A DNA stretch of 50,126 nt from a phage. Positions 1 to 9,477 of this stretch are shown here, one piece after another; position 1 is the stretch's first letter; the number at the start of each line of letters is the position of its first letter. Below the pieces are notes generated by a model. That model worked only from the letters and a program-made list of their open reading frames with translations, had not been told where the DNA came from and searched no databases. The stretch lies in sequence record PZ445405.1. One strand, written 5' to 3'. The translations under genes were made by a program, and so were the position numbers.

Positions 1-63
1 GCACTTTATGCAAAGAATAAAGCTCACGGATGAGCTAACATAATCAAAACAAGAGTGGGTGTT
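1..63 (+). promoter_or_regulatory. Regulatory cassette upstream of HNH-1; T-rich-centre box truncated by window edge (gcactttatgcaaag), hairpin 21-36, CATAAT 39-44
   Basis: Matches the internal cassettes at 10574 and 36960 except that the first 3 nt (ata) lie outside the window. Confidence 0.4.
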
Positions 64-540
64 ATGAATTGGGCTGAATTTTTTAGATACGAAGATGGAA
101 ATCTGGTAAGGGTTACCACAACCTCAAGTAGAGCTATTGAGGGCATGGTTGCTGGAAGCTTGTCTGGCAATGGCTATCTGCACATAAGAATAGGCGACAG
201 GCGTGTAAAAAACCATCTCATAATTTGGGAGATGCACAATGGAAGGATACCAGAAGGGATGGAGATAGATCATATCAATCACATAAAGACAGATAACAGG
301 ATCGAGAATTTAAGGCTCGTAAGTCACAAACAGAACCTATCAAACGCATCTCTTAGGTCAGACTCGTCAACTGGTGCGAGTGGCGTTAGTTGGAACAGAA
401 ACAGGCAGAAGTGGCACGCTTATATAAAGTCTAACTACAAGAGGATGCACATAGGATTTTTTGATTCCTTTGATGATGCCGTAGCAGCAAGAAAGAAAAA
501 GGAGATTGAATTGGGATTTCATGAGAATCACGGAAAATAG
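64..540 (+). CDS. HNH homing endonuclease (HNH + AP2-like DNA-binding domain), copy 1
   Basis: Motif EIDHINHIKTDNRIENLRLVSHKQN; paralogous to ORFs at 30756-31235 and 37032-37517 (all start MNW..); ATG at 64 preferred over GTG at 55. Confidence 0.8.
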   Translation: MNWAEFFRYEDGNLVRVTTTSSRAIEGMVAGSLSGNGYLHIRIGDRRVKNHLIIWEMHNGRIPEGMEIDHINHIKTDNRIENLRLVSHKQNLSNASLRSDSSTGASGVSWNRNRQKWHAYIKSNYKRMHIGFFDSFDDAVAARKKKEIELGFHENHGK

Positions 541-611
541 CACGAATTGCTAAACGACTAGGCCACGGATGGCGTATAGTTACCTTACCAAAACGAGAGG
601 AGAAAAGATAA
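537..611 (+). promoter_or_regulatory. Conserved promoter cassette: box ATAGCACGAATTGCTAAA, 22-bp spacer with small hairpin, TATAGT (575-580), leader AAACGAGAGGAG
   Basis: Palindrome TAGCA-cgaat-TGCTA overlapping the TAG stop of the upstream gene; same architecture repeated about 20 times. Confidence 0.6.
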
Positions 612-992
612 ATGACAAAAAAATCAAAGGCTGTATATCTTGGCAACACCGAAGGAGAGTATTATGGTTTCACTGTAGGGAATGAATATGATGTTCACAA
701 TTATGAAACTGAAGATAACTTCATTGGTACTTTTGGTGATGATGGTGGTTATCGTCACATCAAGAACGGAGCATTCCACAAGTTCGAACTCCTCGAGGAT
801 TATGATTTCGTAACTGAAAGCGAATGCGCAGTCATGCCCCTTAGTTCCGATAAACAACCAGAGCTTAGATATTTCATAAACGGTCATGAGTTTAATAAGA
901 TTGAGTTCGAAAATGTGCGCTATACTGTAAATCAACTTGATGAGGGCGGCGTAAAATGCGACACAATCAAGTTCGAAGTAAAATTCGAGTAA
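612..992 (+). CDS. Hypothetical small acidic Tyr/Gly-rich protein (cassette-driven)
   Basis: ORF directly behind the cassette with SD GAGAGGAG; motif GEYYGFTVGNEYDV resembles the ORFs at 15739 and 34351. Confidence 0.5.
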   Translation: MTKKSKAVYLGNTEGEYYGFTVGNEYDVHNYETEDNFIGTFGDDGGYRHIKNGAFHKFELLEDYDFVTESECAVMPLSSDKQPELRYFINGHEFNKIEFENVRYTVNQLDEGGVKCDTIKFEVKFE

Positions 993-1013
993 CCACAAAA
1001 GCTATGATAAACT

Positions 1014-1038
1014 AGCCCCCACATGGGGCTTTTTTATT
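1014..1038 (+). terminator. Rho-independent terminator
   Basis: AGCCCC-cacat-GGGGCT followed by TTTTTTATT, then conserved TTATTGGAGAAA RBS junction. Confidence 0.6.
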
Positions 1039-1049
1039 GGAGAAACACA

Positions 1050-2312
1050 ATGGTAAAAACAGACAGCTACGCCAATATCTTTCTCGGCGGCAGTGATGGC
1101 AGTGAGATTTACGGGAGCTTACAGAATCAGGAACCTACTATTCTGGCTTCGCTTTATGCGGATAATGCCCTGGTGCGTCGAATTATTGACACAATCCCGG
1201 AAACAGCATTAGCGGCAGGATTCAACATTGATGGTGTTGATGATGAATCTGCATTCTGGTCGCGCTGGGATGATTTGGAGATGACGCAGAATATTAACGA
1301 CGCTTGGTCATGGGCAAGGTTATTCGGTGGAGCAGCAATTGTCGCTATCGTTAAGGACAATAGAGCGCTAACAAGTCCGGTCAGAGAAGGCGCCGAGCTT
1401 GAAACGGTTCGCGTTTACGACCGCACACAGGTAAAAGTACAAACCCGCGAGGAAAATCCAAGAAACTCGCGATTTGGTAAGCCCCTAACCTATCGCATCA
1501 CCACTAATGAGAGCGATATGTTCTTCGATGTGCACTACAGCCGTATTCACGTCATTGACGGAGAGCGAGTCCCTAACGTAATGCGCAGGCAGAATGATGG
1601 CTGGGGCCGCAGCGTTCTATCTAGTGACATTCTTGACTCGATTAAGGATTACACCAACTGTGAACGACTTGCCACGCAATTACTGAAGCGTAAGCAGCAA
1701 GCGGTGTGGAAAGCAAAAGGTCTGGCTGAGTTATGTGATGATAGCGAAGGATTCGGCGCGGCAAGATTAAGGCTTGCACAGGTAGATAATAACAGTGGCG
1801 TTGGTCAGGCGATTGGCATTGACGCGGAATCGGAAGAGTACAGCGTACTCAACTCTGATATTGGCGGGATTGATGCATTCCTGGATAAGAAGTTCGACAG
1901 AATCGTTGCGCTGAGCGGCATCCATGAAATCATCCTGAAGAACAAGAACGTTGGCGGCGTGTCATCAAGCCAGAATACGGCACTGGAGACATTCCATAAG
2001 CTAGTTGACCGCAAGCGTAATGCTGAGCTACTTCCTATTCTTGAGTTCTTAATCCCGTTCATCGTTAACGTATCGGAATGGTCAGTTGAGTTTAACGCCC
2101 TCGCTCAGGAGTCCAGCAAGGATAAAGCCGAGATTCTTGAGAAGAACGTAAACAGTATCGCAGCACTAATTGCAGCTGGAGCTATGGATACTAACGAAGC
2201 CCGTGATACACTACGAACTATCGCGCCAGAGATTAAGATTGGTGAAGGTGATATTGAGGTTGAAGAACCAACTCAGGAAGTAATCGCGCAGACAGAGGAA
2301 CCTAATGAATGA
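1050..2312 (+). CDS. Portal protein (putative)
   Basis: 420-aa ORF following terminase (wrap-around) and preceding protease/scaffold; acidic C-terminus; start at ATG 1050 with GGAG SD rather than the ATG inside the terminator hairpin. Confidence 0.6.
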   Translation: MVKTDSYANIFLGGSDGSEIYGSLQNQEPTILASLYADNALVRRIIDTIPETALAAGFNIDGVDDESAFWSRWDDLEMTQNINDAWSWARLFGGAAIVAIVKDNRALTSPVREGAELETVRVYDRTQVKVQTREENPRNSRFGKPLTYRITTNESDMFFDVHYSRIHVIDGERVPNVMRRQNDGWGRSVLSSDILDSIKDYTNCERLATQLLKRKQQAVWKAKGLAELCDDSEGFGAARLRLAQVDNNSGVGQAIGIDAESEEYSVLNSDIGGIDAFLDKKFDRIVALSGIHEIILKNKNVGGVSSSQNTALETFHKLVDRKRNAELLPILEFLIPFIVNVSEWSVEFNALAQESSKDKAEILEKNVNSIAALIAAGAMDTNEARDTLRTIAPEIKIGEGDIEVEEPTQEVIAQTEEPNE

Positions 2313-2345
2313 TGAATTTGATGGCTTTTAGTGAGGAGAATTGGG

Positions 2346-3437
2346 ATGTCTAAAATCCGCTATGACAGCGCAAAGGTGAAAGCCCGATTTGATGAAAACG
2401 GTTTTCTGGTTGATACCCCGATTGTTGCTCGCGTCGGGGTGCAAACATACTACCTTCCGGACGGTACAGAACGCAGAGAATTTAGACCAGCCTCAGAGGT
2501 CTTTAAATCTGATTCTCTGGCTAGTTATCAGGGTAAGCCAATTACCTTAGGTCATGTGTTTGTTAACGCAGACAATGCTAAAGAGGTTGTTGTGGGTGCA
2601 GTATCTGGCTCAGCAATGCGCGAAGATTCAAGCGTGATTGTTCCGCTAACCATTTACGATAAGGAGTCAATCGAGAAGGCCAGAAATGGGATCGCTGGTG
2701 AGTTGTCGGTTGGGTACCACACTGTTGATGTTGAGTCCAAAGGCTGGGGTAGCAACGAAACCGGTGAATATAAGCTGGATGGAGAGTATGGCTCACAAGA
2801 TGAGATTCCTTCTGACTGGGTTAGATTTGATGCTCTACAAACCGAAATCAAGGTAAACCACGTCGCTCTTGTTTATAAAGGTCGCGCCGGTGTGGCCAAA
2901 CTTAACTTTGACGCTCATCAGGAAAACCCGTATACTACTGACGTTGATATCAATAAAGAGGATAAACAGGAAATGACAGTTAAAATTAAACTCGACGGCG
3001 CGCAGGAATTTGAAGTCGCACCGGAAATCGCTTCTCACATCGAAGCACTGAACGCAAAGGCTGACACCGCAATCGCTGAACGCGACGCACTGAAAGCTAA
3101 AGTAGATGCAATTCCATCTGAAATCGAAGCTGCCGTTGCCAAAGCGAAAGCTGATGCTGATGCCCTGGCCGCTCTGGTTGCTGTTGCTGCTGAAGCTGGT
3201 GTTAAGGCTGACGGTCTGGATGCTAAAGGCATTAAAGTGGCTTACGTTAAAGAAGTCTCCGGACTTGATGTTTCCGAGAAATCCGACGCGTACATCGACG
3301 CGGCGTTCGACATTGCCAAAGAATCTGATAAAATGGCTGAAGTACGTAAAGCGACTACCGCTTCCGACAAATCTGACAGCGCCGATGAGCCTAAGAAATT
3401 AGACCCGCGTGCTCGTTTAGCTAAAATTAAGAAATAA
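2346..3437 (+). CDS. Prohead protease / scaffold-like protein with Ala-rich coiled-coil C-terminal region
   Basis: Position after portal; C-terminal half AERDALKAKVDAIPSEIEAAVAKAKADADALAAL typical of scaffold domains; SD GAGGAG upstream of ATG 2346. Confidence 0.5.
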   Translation: MSKIRYDSAKVKARFDENGFLVDTPIVARVGVQTYYLPDGTERREFRPASEVFKSDSLASYQGKPITLGHVFVNADNAKEVVVGAVSGSAMREDSSVIVPLTIYDKESIEKARNGIAGELSVGYHTVDVESKGWGSNETGEYKLDGEYGSQDEIPSDWVRFDALQTEIKVNHVALVYKGRAGVAKLNFDAHQENPYTTDVDINKEDKQEMTVKIKLDGAQEFEVAPEIASHIEALNAKADTAIAERDALKAKVDAIPSEIEAAVAKAKADADALAALVAVAAEAGVKADGLDAKGIKVAYVKEVSGLDVSEKSDAYIDAAFDIAKESDKMAEVRKATTASDKSDSADEPKKLDPRARLAKIKK

Positions 3438-3449
3438 GGAGTTATAAAC

Positions 3450-3956
3450 ATGGCAATTCGTTCCGTAGCACTGGCTGGTATGGTTTCTGATACCTCTCTG
3501 TACAACATCGACGGCGCTTGTGTAGTTGGTGGCATTGCTGCAATTCCAGTTGGCACTGCAGTTCGCGTAACAACAGCTCAGCCTATTGATGGGCACAAGG
3601 TTGTAGTTAACACTGGCATCTCAGCAGATGAAACACCGTATGGTGTTGTAATTCGCTCCCATTATGAAACTCCTGATGGAACCGCTAAGGCACAGGAAGC
3701 AGTTAACGTAATGACTCATGGCCGAGTGTGGATGCGCGCAGCGAGCAACGTAACCGCTGAGTCTGTAAAGGTTGGTGCGGCTGTTAGTATTAGCGCATCT
3801 GGTCTCGTTGATACTGGCGGCGTTGGCAAGCCTAACTGGACTTACGCAGGTGGTTTTATTTCTAATGCCGTAACCAACCCTCAAGCCAATGACTTCGATC
3901 AGCAGGATACTAGCGTTGATGGCGCCCTGGTTGAAGTGCAGATTCGTCAGGCATAA
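3450..3956 (+). CDS. Head decoration / accessory structural protein (putative)
   Basis: 168-aa Gly/Val/Ala-rich ORF between scaffold and capsid genes, followed by a strong terminator. Confidence 0.4.
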   Translation: MAIRSVALAGMVSDTSLYNIDGACVVGGIAAIPVGTAVRVTTAQPIDGHKVVVNTGISADETPYGVVIRSHYETPDGTAKAQEAVNVMTHGRVWMRAASNVTAESVKVGAAVSISASGLVDTGGVGKPNWTYAGGFISNAVTNPQANDFDQQDTSVDGALVEVQIRQA

Positions 3957-3989
3957 TCAACTGTTGCAGCTTAATAATTAAGATACATA

Positions 3990-4013
3990 AAGCCTCCTTC
4001 GGGAGGTTTTTTT
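3990..4013 (+). terminator. Rho-independent terminator
   Basis: GCCTCC-ttcg-GGAGG followed by TTTTTTT. Confidence 0.65.
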
Positions 4014-4067
4014 ACGCCTATAATCTGTTAACATGGGGTTCCATAAACGCATAAAGGAAACTTAATA

Positions 4068-5357
4068 ATGAACTTTTTAGATTTAGTCAGAAAGCAATAC
4101 GATAGCGGAAAGGTTAGTCTTTCAGGAGTAAAGGTTAGCACTGACTTCACAACCACTTCATTAATTCAAGCAGCAACGACAATAGCTAACCCAGTCACTC
4201 ACACCCGCAAGGATGAAACTAAATTTAAGTTTACCACTTACGGGCTGGCTGATGTTTCCGGCGGCTCCTATACTGGGCAGTCGCCAAATGGCGTGCAAAT
4301 GAAAATTGAGTTCATGACTGACGCGCTTGTCTTTGAGTTCAAGACTATCGGCTCTATCGGTACGTACTCTGTATTTGTTGATGGAGAGCTAACCAATATT
4401 GATGCAATCTCAACTCCTAACGGTCAAGCCGTTACTTACGTAAGAACCGAAGCCTCAGATGGCGTAATTAAGAGAATGAGACACGTCGAGATTTATGGGG
4501 TGAACACTTCATTCGGCGGGTTGTTTACCGACGCTGCGGATACGGTAACCAGCGAAATCACCATCGATCCAAAACCTTTTATCTACCAGATGGGTGACAG
4601 TTACACGTACGGCACTGGCGCAGGCTACGTAACTCAGGCATACGGCTCATCCCCAGCGATTAACGATTTCTACGTGTTCAGAAATGCGCTAGGCATGGAC
4701 GGCATCGCGGAAGGTATCGGTGGTAGCGGATGGAACAGCACGGGCGGGCAAGTTCCGGCCTCAAGGTTGCAAAACAGACTGCTTAAGATGAATCGCAAGC
4801 CAGATGTTGTTAGTTTCGCTCTCGCATACAATGACGCTGCGGCTATTAACACTGGAACTAACGCAAGCAAACTAGTTACCTCGATGGGTGACGCGCTAAA
4901 GGTTGTCCGAGATGCAATGCCTGGCGTTCCTGTTATTCATGTTAGCTGTGCCACGCCAAAAGGAATCACCACGCAAATTCAGAGAGTCATAGACCTTACT
5001 CATGATTTTTGCGCAAGAAATGACATTCCCGTGATTGGGATTAGTAACTACGTGACTGCGGCGAACAGCATTTCATACACTGGAACGGATAACGTCCACC
5101 CAAACCCTCTGGGGCACGAATTCCGCGGTTTAGCTATGGCAAGGGAGTCATTAATGGCGGCGCTGGAAGGTCGTAGCCTGGTGCCAGAAATCAAACCCAG
5201 CGGTTTCACTGTAACTTACATTGAGCGACTCCGCTTCGCGGTTGATGTTAAGCGTGAGGTTGTTCAAGCTAAAACCGCAGATGAGGCATACTGGATGGTT
5301 AAATCTCGGGAGTACAGCAATCCAGACTTGAGAATCGAAATCATTTCTGTAGCATAA
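4068..5357 (+). CDS. SGNH/GDSL-family hydrolase domain protein (putative esterase) with N-terminal beta-rich domain
   Basis: Catalytic blocks readable in the C-terminal half: GDSYTYG (Ser), GGSGWNS (Gly), AYNDAA (Asn), DNVHPN (Asp-His). Confidence 0.6.
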   Translation: MNFLDLVRKQYDSGKVSLSGVKVSTDFTTTSLIQAATTIANPVTHTRKDETKFKFTTYGLADVSGGSYTGQSPNGVQMKIEFMTDALVFEFKTIGSIGTYSVFVDGELTNIDAISTPNGQAVTYVRTEASDGVIKRMRHVEIYGVNTSFGGLFTDAADTVTSEITIDPKPFIYQMGDSYTYGTGAGYVTQAYGSSPAINDFYVFRNALGMDGIAEGIGGSGWNSTGGQVPASRLQNRLLKMNRKPDVVSFALAYNDAAAINTGTNASKLVTSMGDALKVVRDAMPGVPVIHVSCATPKGITTQIQRVIDLTHDFCARNDIPVIGISNYVTAANSISYTGTDNVHPNPLGHEFRGLAMARESLMAALEGRSLVPEIKPSGFTVTYIERLRFAVDVKREVVQAKTADEAYWMVKSREYSNPDLRIEIISVA

Positions 5358-5363
5358 CAACAA

Positions 5364-5386
5364 GCCTCCTTCGGGAGGTTTTTTAT
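5364..5386 (+). terminator. Rho-independent terminator
   Basis: CCTCC-ttcg-GGAGG followed by TTTTTTATT. Confidence 0.65.
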
Positions 5387-5439
5387 TAACCTTAACTCTG
5401 TTAGACTTATTAGGTCTATTAACCAATCAGGAGATTAAG

Positions 5440-6873
5440 ATGGCTAGCGAATTAAGAGCAGTAACCGCTGGGACTGCCCACGCCCTAAAGCAAAAAATCA
5501 TGGAATACATTGCTGATGGTTGGCAGCCTTATGGAAGAATCCTTAACGCTGGAGCGACTAGCGTTGGTATCATCATGGCGAAAGGTACTACAGCAAGCAT
5601 TAATGATGTTGATGTTATTACCGCAGATTCAAGGGCTTCTTTAGTTTCTAAGATTAACTCATCCATCGAAAATGGGTTTGAGATGTTCGGAGAGCAGGAA
5701 GTGAACGCAAGTAGATTTATCGCCTTCATGACTAAGGGTTCTCAAGGTTCATCTGGTGGCGGTGGAGAACCTGGACCAATTGGGCCTAAGGGTGAGAAGG
5801 GTGACAAGGGCGACAAGGGAGATGTTGGTGAGCGCGGACCCGCTGGCCTAGCTGGTGCGGCTGGCGCTACTGGTCCATCTGGCCCTCAAGGTTTAACTGG
5901 CCCCGCCGGCGCTAAAGGTGATACTGGTGAGCAGGGACCAATGGGTCCAACTGGCGCTACTGGACCTAAAGGTGATACTGGCGAAACTGGTCCCGCCGGA
6001 CCGCAGGGCCCAAGAGGATTGCAAGGTGAGCAGGGGGTTCCGGGCGAGGTTGGTCCTGCTGGATTGACATTCCAGGGCGCATGGGATTCTGCTGCGACAT
6101 ATGTGAAGGATGACACTGTAGTTTATGATGGGTCTACTTGGTTTGCTCCAGATGCTGTAGCTGCTGGATTAGTCCCTGGAGTTGCTACTGAGTGGATTCT
6201 TTTAGCTGCGCAAGGCGCAAGGGGCGAGGATGGTCCGCAGGGTCCGGTTGGCCCTCAGGGTTTACAGGGTGCCACTGGCCCAGCGGGTCCTACTGGTGCT
6301 ACTGGTGCTACAGGCCCGCAAGGCCCTAGAGGTATACAAGGTCAAACTGGCCCGGCAGGCCCAGCAGGTCCTCAGGGTGAGGCTGGTCCTCAGGGTATTC
6401 AGGGTCCGCAGGGTGTCGCTGGGCCTCAGGGATTAACTGGTCCTCAGGGTCCAAAAGGTGATAAAGGCGATGCTCCTTACACATTATTTAACTCGCAGAA
6501 CGTTACATCAACATACATTGAAATCCCTATTCCGCAAGTAACCAACACTGTACTTAGGGTTAGGCTTTCAGGTGCCAACTTTGAATATAGCGTTTTAAGC
6601 AAAGGCGGCGCCAATAGATATGTTGACTTTTACACATTCATCCCGTCATTAACTAGCTCAACGGGTAACATCTATACCGGAGGAACTACCTTGACACCAA
6701 CTGGTAGCCTCTTTTTGGGTAACTCCCCCGTGGCTCTTGGATTGAGGGAGTTGACAATAACACTCAAGGAATGGGGCGACAGAACGCTAACTACAATAAA
6801 GGCGATACATCACGGCAGATCAGGTGACACAACAAGACCTTTGCAGATAACTATGTTTAGTAATAAGTATTAA
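5440..6873 (+). CDS. Collagen-like (Gly-X-Y repeat) protein, probable virion fibre
   Basis: Two long uninterrupted G-X-Y tracts ([20 protein letters not shown].. and [22 protein letters not shown]..) flanked by globular N- and C-terminal domains. Confidence 0.8.
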   Translation: MASELRAVTAGTAHALKQKIMEYIADGWQPYGRILNAGATSVGIIMAKGTTASINDVDVITADSRASLVSKINSSIENGFEMFGEQEVNASRFIAFMTKGSQGSSGGGGEPGPIGPKGEKGDKGDKGDVGERGPAGLAGAAGATGPSGPQGLTGPAGAKGDTGEQGPMGPTGATGPKGDTGETGPAGPQGPRGLQGEQGVPGEVGPAGLTFQGAWDSAATYVKDDTVVYDGSTWFAPDAVAAGLVPGVATEWILLAAQGARGEDGPQGPVGPQGLQGATGPAGPTGATGATGPQGPRGIQGQTGPAGPAGPQGEAGPQGIQGPQGVAGPQGLTGPQGPKGDKGDAPYTLFNSQNVTSTYIEIPIPQVTNTVLRVRLSGANFEYSVLSKGGANRYVDFYTFIPSLTSSTGNIYTGGTTLTPTGSLFLGNSPVALGLRELTITLKEWGDRTLTTIKAIHHGRSGDTTRPLQITMFSNKY

Positions 6874-6953
6874 CAAAAAGCCCACCATTGCGTGGGCTAA
6901 AAACTCGTGTATAATGAACCCGTAGACACCTAACTGAAAAGGAACAATAAAGA

Positions 6954-7898
6954 ATGGCCATTAAATTTGATGCAGAACAAGCTAAAATCACCGCTCACCT
7001 TGAGCAAATGGGCGTAGAAAAGGCCGATGCCGCTGGTATCTGGACTGTTAAGCAGCTGACCGCTACTCTGAATCGCGCTTACGAAAAAGAATATGCAGAC
7101 AACTCTGTTGTTAACATCTTCCCTGTAACCAATGAAATCCCTGGTCATGCGAAGTATTTCGAATATCCAGAGTTTGATGGTGTTGGCATTGCTCAGATTA
7201 TCGCTGATTACTCTGACGACCTTCCGTTGGTTGACGCCTTCATGACTGAGAAGCAAGGTAAAGTGTTCCGTTTCGGTAACGCATTCCTAATTTCTACTGA
7301 TGAAATCAAAGCAGGCGCCGCAACTGGTCAGTCACTGTCAACTCGCAAACAAGCACTGGCATTCGAAGCGCACGACAATCTGCTTGATAAACTGGTTTGG
7401 TCTGGCTCCGCTCCGCATGGTATCGTAAGCGTATTCGACCAGCCGAACATCAACAACGTTGTCGCAACTCCAGACTGGAGTGAGCCGCTGAACGCAATTA
7501 ATGACGTCACCGCGATGATTGATGCAGTTGAGACTTCAACTCAGGGTTTCCATCACGTGACTGATATTCTGCTTCCGGCATCTGCTCGCCGAGTAATGCA
7601 GCAACTGGTTCCGAATACTACCCTGAGTTACGGTGAACTGTTCACTCGTAACAACCCGGGTCTGACTATTCGCTTTATGCAGTTCCTGGACAACTACGAT
7701 GGCGCAGGTGGCAAGGCTGCTCTGGCGTTTGAGAAGAATCCATTGAATATGTCTATCGAGATTCCGGAAGCTACTAACGTTCTTCCGGCTCAACCTAGAG
7801 ATCTGCATTTCCGCTACCCTGTAACATCAAAAGCGACAGGTTTGATTGTTTATCGTCCTCTGACGATGGCTGTAATCAAAGGCATTACCTTCGCTTAA
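6954..7898 (+). CDS. Major capsid protein (putative)
   Basis: 314-aa ORF at the expected position in the head module with a good SD, followed by a strong terminator; no sequence motif recognised. Confidence 0.55.
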   Translation: MAIKFDAEQAKITAHLEQMGVEKADAAGIWTVKQLTATLNRAYEKEYADNSVVNIFPVTNEIPGHAKYFEYPEFDGVGIAQIIADYSDDLPLVDAFMTEKQGKVFRFGNAFLISTDEIKAGAATGQSLSTRKQALAFEAHDNLLDKLVWSGSAPHGIVSVFDQPNINNVVATPDWSEPLNAINDVTAMIDAVETSTQGFHHVTDILLPASARRVMQQLVPNTTLSYGELFTRNNPGLTIRFMQFLDNYDGAGGKAALAFEKNPLNMSIEIPEATNVLPAQPRDLHFRYPVTSKATGLIVYRPLTMAVIKGITFA

Positions 7899-7904
7899 TA
7901 AATC

Positions 7905-7927
7905 GCCCTCTTCGGAGGGCTTTTTTA
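7905..7927 (+). terminator. Rho-independent terminator
   Basis: GCCCTC-ttcg-GAGGGC followed by TTTTTTA. Confidence 0.7.
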
Positions 7928-7990
7928 CGTCTGTACCAAATGGATTTGTTCGGTTATAATCACTCAATCAGATAAACAAAGGAGAAAAAA

Positions 7991-8236
7991 ATGATTCGTT
8001 TAGAACACACTGGCGCCTGCCTTATCGTTTACAAGGGTGAGAAATATCTGCCTGGTGATGCTTTCGAGGTTGATGTAATTTGCGACGGACTTAAGCGTTT
8101 AATCGCAGAGGGTAAACTCACCATCGAGGGTGATGCCAAAGCAACCAAACAAATCTCGCAGGAAATTGTTAGCAAGAAAAAGCGCAAAGAACCTAAAACC
8201 ATCTCCGAAGCTGAGACTGGTAACGAGTACAAATAA
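7991..8236 (+). CDS. Hypothetical protein (head-tail joining region)
   Basis: 81-aa ORF with SD GGAGAAA. Confidence 0.4.
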   Translation: MIRLEHTGACLIVYKGEKYLPGDAFEVDVICDGLKRLIAEGKLTIEGDAKATKQISQEIVSKKKRKEPKTISEAETGNEYK

Positions 8237-8277
8237 CAAACAGGGCGCTTCGGCGTCCTTTATTGTATGGAGCTAAT

Positions 8278-8679
8278 ATGAATGATGCAATTCTGGCGTT
8301 TATGCGATCGCTTGTTCCTGCGCTCAAAGCAGTGGATGACGAATCAATTAATGTATGGATCGATTTGGCGCGTCTCTACGTATGTGAGAGTAAGTTTGGT
8401 AATGATGCAGATCGCGCTGTGGGCCTATATGCGTTACACCTGATGCTTTCTGATGGCGCATTCAAGGGTGAGAGTGAAGGGCTGGAAACATACAGTCGAA
8501 GAATGGCAAGCTACGCACTGAGCGGTGAGTTCTCTATCACTTATGATAACCAATCAGCAATCCAGGGTGATTTGTCATCTTCCTCTTGGGGTCGTATGTA
8601 CAAAGCACTTCTCCGCAAGAAAGGTGGTGGTTTTGGATTGATTACTTCCGCTCGTGGCGGTGGGTGCGGTTGCCGATGA
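8278..8679 (+). CDS. Head-tail adaptor / connector-like protein (putative)
   Basis: Position between capsid and tail genes; SD GGAG before ATG 8278. Confidence 0.4.
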   Translation: MNDAILAFMRSLVPALKAVDDESINVWIDLARLYVCESKFGNDADRAVGLYALHLMLSDGAFKGESEGLETYSRRMASYALSGEFSITYDNQSAIQGDLSSSSWGRMYKALLRKKGGGFGLITSARGGGCGCR

Positions 8680-9047
8680 ACTACAACGAAATAGAATCAA
8701 TCACTCGCGCTGGAATTAACTTCTTTAGTGATGTCAATGGCGTTTATGAGATGAGCACTGGCGCTGGATATGTTGAAATCGTTAACGGCGTTGAGGTTGA
8801 GGTTCCTTCGCAGACATTCCAGCTAAAAGGCTTGGTGCGAGAAATAAAGACGCGCGATATCGATGGTGAGTTTATCCAGTTTGGCGATAAGCGCGGAATA
8901 TTCACGGCTCAGGTGGAAATTAAGCAGGGCTATCAGATTAAAGTAGATGGTGAGACTTTCGTTGTTGTTGACCCGCGCCCCGTCAAACCAACTGGTACAG
9001 TTGTTGGCTACAGGCCTATTCTTCGTAGGGTGGCTACTTATGGCTAG
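8676..9047 (+). CDS. Head closure / neck protein (putative)
   Basis: ATGA overlap with the upstream gene; position. Confidence 0.4.
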   Translation: MNYNEIESITRAGINFFSDVNGVYEMSTGAGYVEIVNGVEVEVPSQTFQLKGLVREIKTRDIDGEFIQFGDKRGIFTAQVEIKQGYQIKVDGETFVVVDPRPVKPTGTVVGYRPILRRVATYG

Positions 9048-9477
9048 AAATATTGGAAGCGTGGCCACTTTTGAGAAATCTATTGCTGACTGGGCTGATA
9101 GAGCAGATAAGGGGTTTGAGATTGTAGTAGCTAATACGGTTACCAAGACAGCTAACGCTATTGTAGACCTTTCCCCTGTCGACACTGGTAGATTCAAAGC
9201 TAACTGGCAAATAACCGCAAACTCACCAGCCCAACAGTCGCTAAATGAATACGATCAGACGGGTGGGCAAACAAAAACATATCTCGCAAGACAGGCTCGG
9301 GCAGTTGCCAATTCAAAGGCTACTAGTGTTATTTATATAACCAACCGACTTGATTACGCGGCCGATCTTGAATATGGAGCGTCAAACCAAGCTCCGGCTG
9401 GTGTTTTAGGCGTGGTGCAAGCGAGGCTTGGTAGGTATTTTCAGGAAGCAGTAGAGGAGGCTCGTCGTGCAATATGA
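9040..9477 (+). CDS. Tail completion protein (HK97 gp10-like, putative)
   Basis: Start overlaps the upstream stop (ATGGCTAG); position before the tail terminator and major tail genes. Confidence 0.4.
   Translation: MARNIGSVATFEKSIADWADRADKGFEIVVANTVTKTANAIVDLSPVDTGRFKANWQITANSPAQQSLNEYDQTGGQTKTYLARQARAVANSKATSVIYITNRLDYAADLEYGASNQAPAGVLGVVQARLGRYFQEAVEEARRAI

Noticed and set aside
547-580. TTGCTA and TATAGT as an ordinary sigma70 -35/-10 pair
   Set aside because: The spacer is a fixed 22 bp in essentially every copy, 5 bp longer than sigma70 tolerates; reinterpreted as an activator site centred near -42 plus a -10.
431-998. Antisense ORFs 431-649(-) and 624-998(-)
   Set aside because: They overlap the HNH gene, the cassette and the cassette-driven ORF on the opposite strand; no promoter or SD; the sense genes have clear signals.
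1023-1049. Upstream start codons placed inside terminator hairpins (1023, 14491, 14897, 16094, 17471)
   Set aside because: These ATG/TTG codons lie within the terminator stem or U-tract and lack an SD; the downstream ATG with a GGAG-type SD was chosen in each case.
3035-3402. Ala/Leu-rich ORFs overlapping the scaffold gene on both strands
   Set aside because: Alternative-frame and antisense readings of the GC-rich Ala-codon coiled-coil region; no independent start signals.
6230-6436. Arg/Val/Leu-rich ORF in an alternative frame of the collagen-like gene
   Set aside because: Produced by the 9-nt periodicity of Gly-X-Y coding sequence. ORF 5886-6116(-) is a similar artifact.
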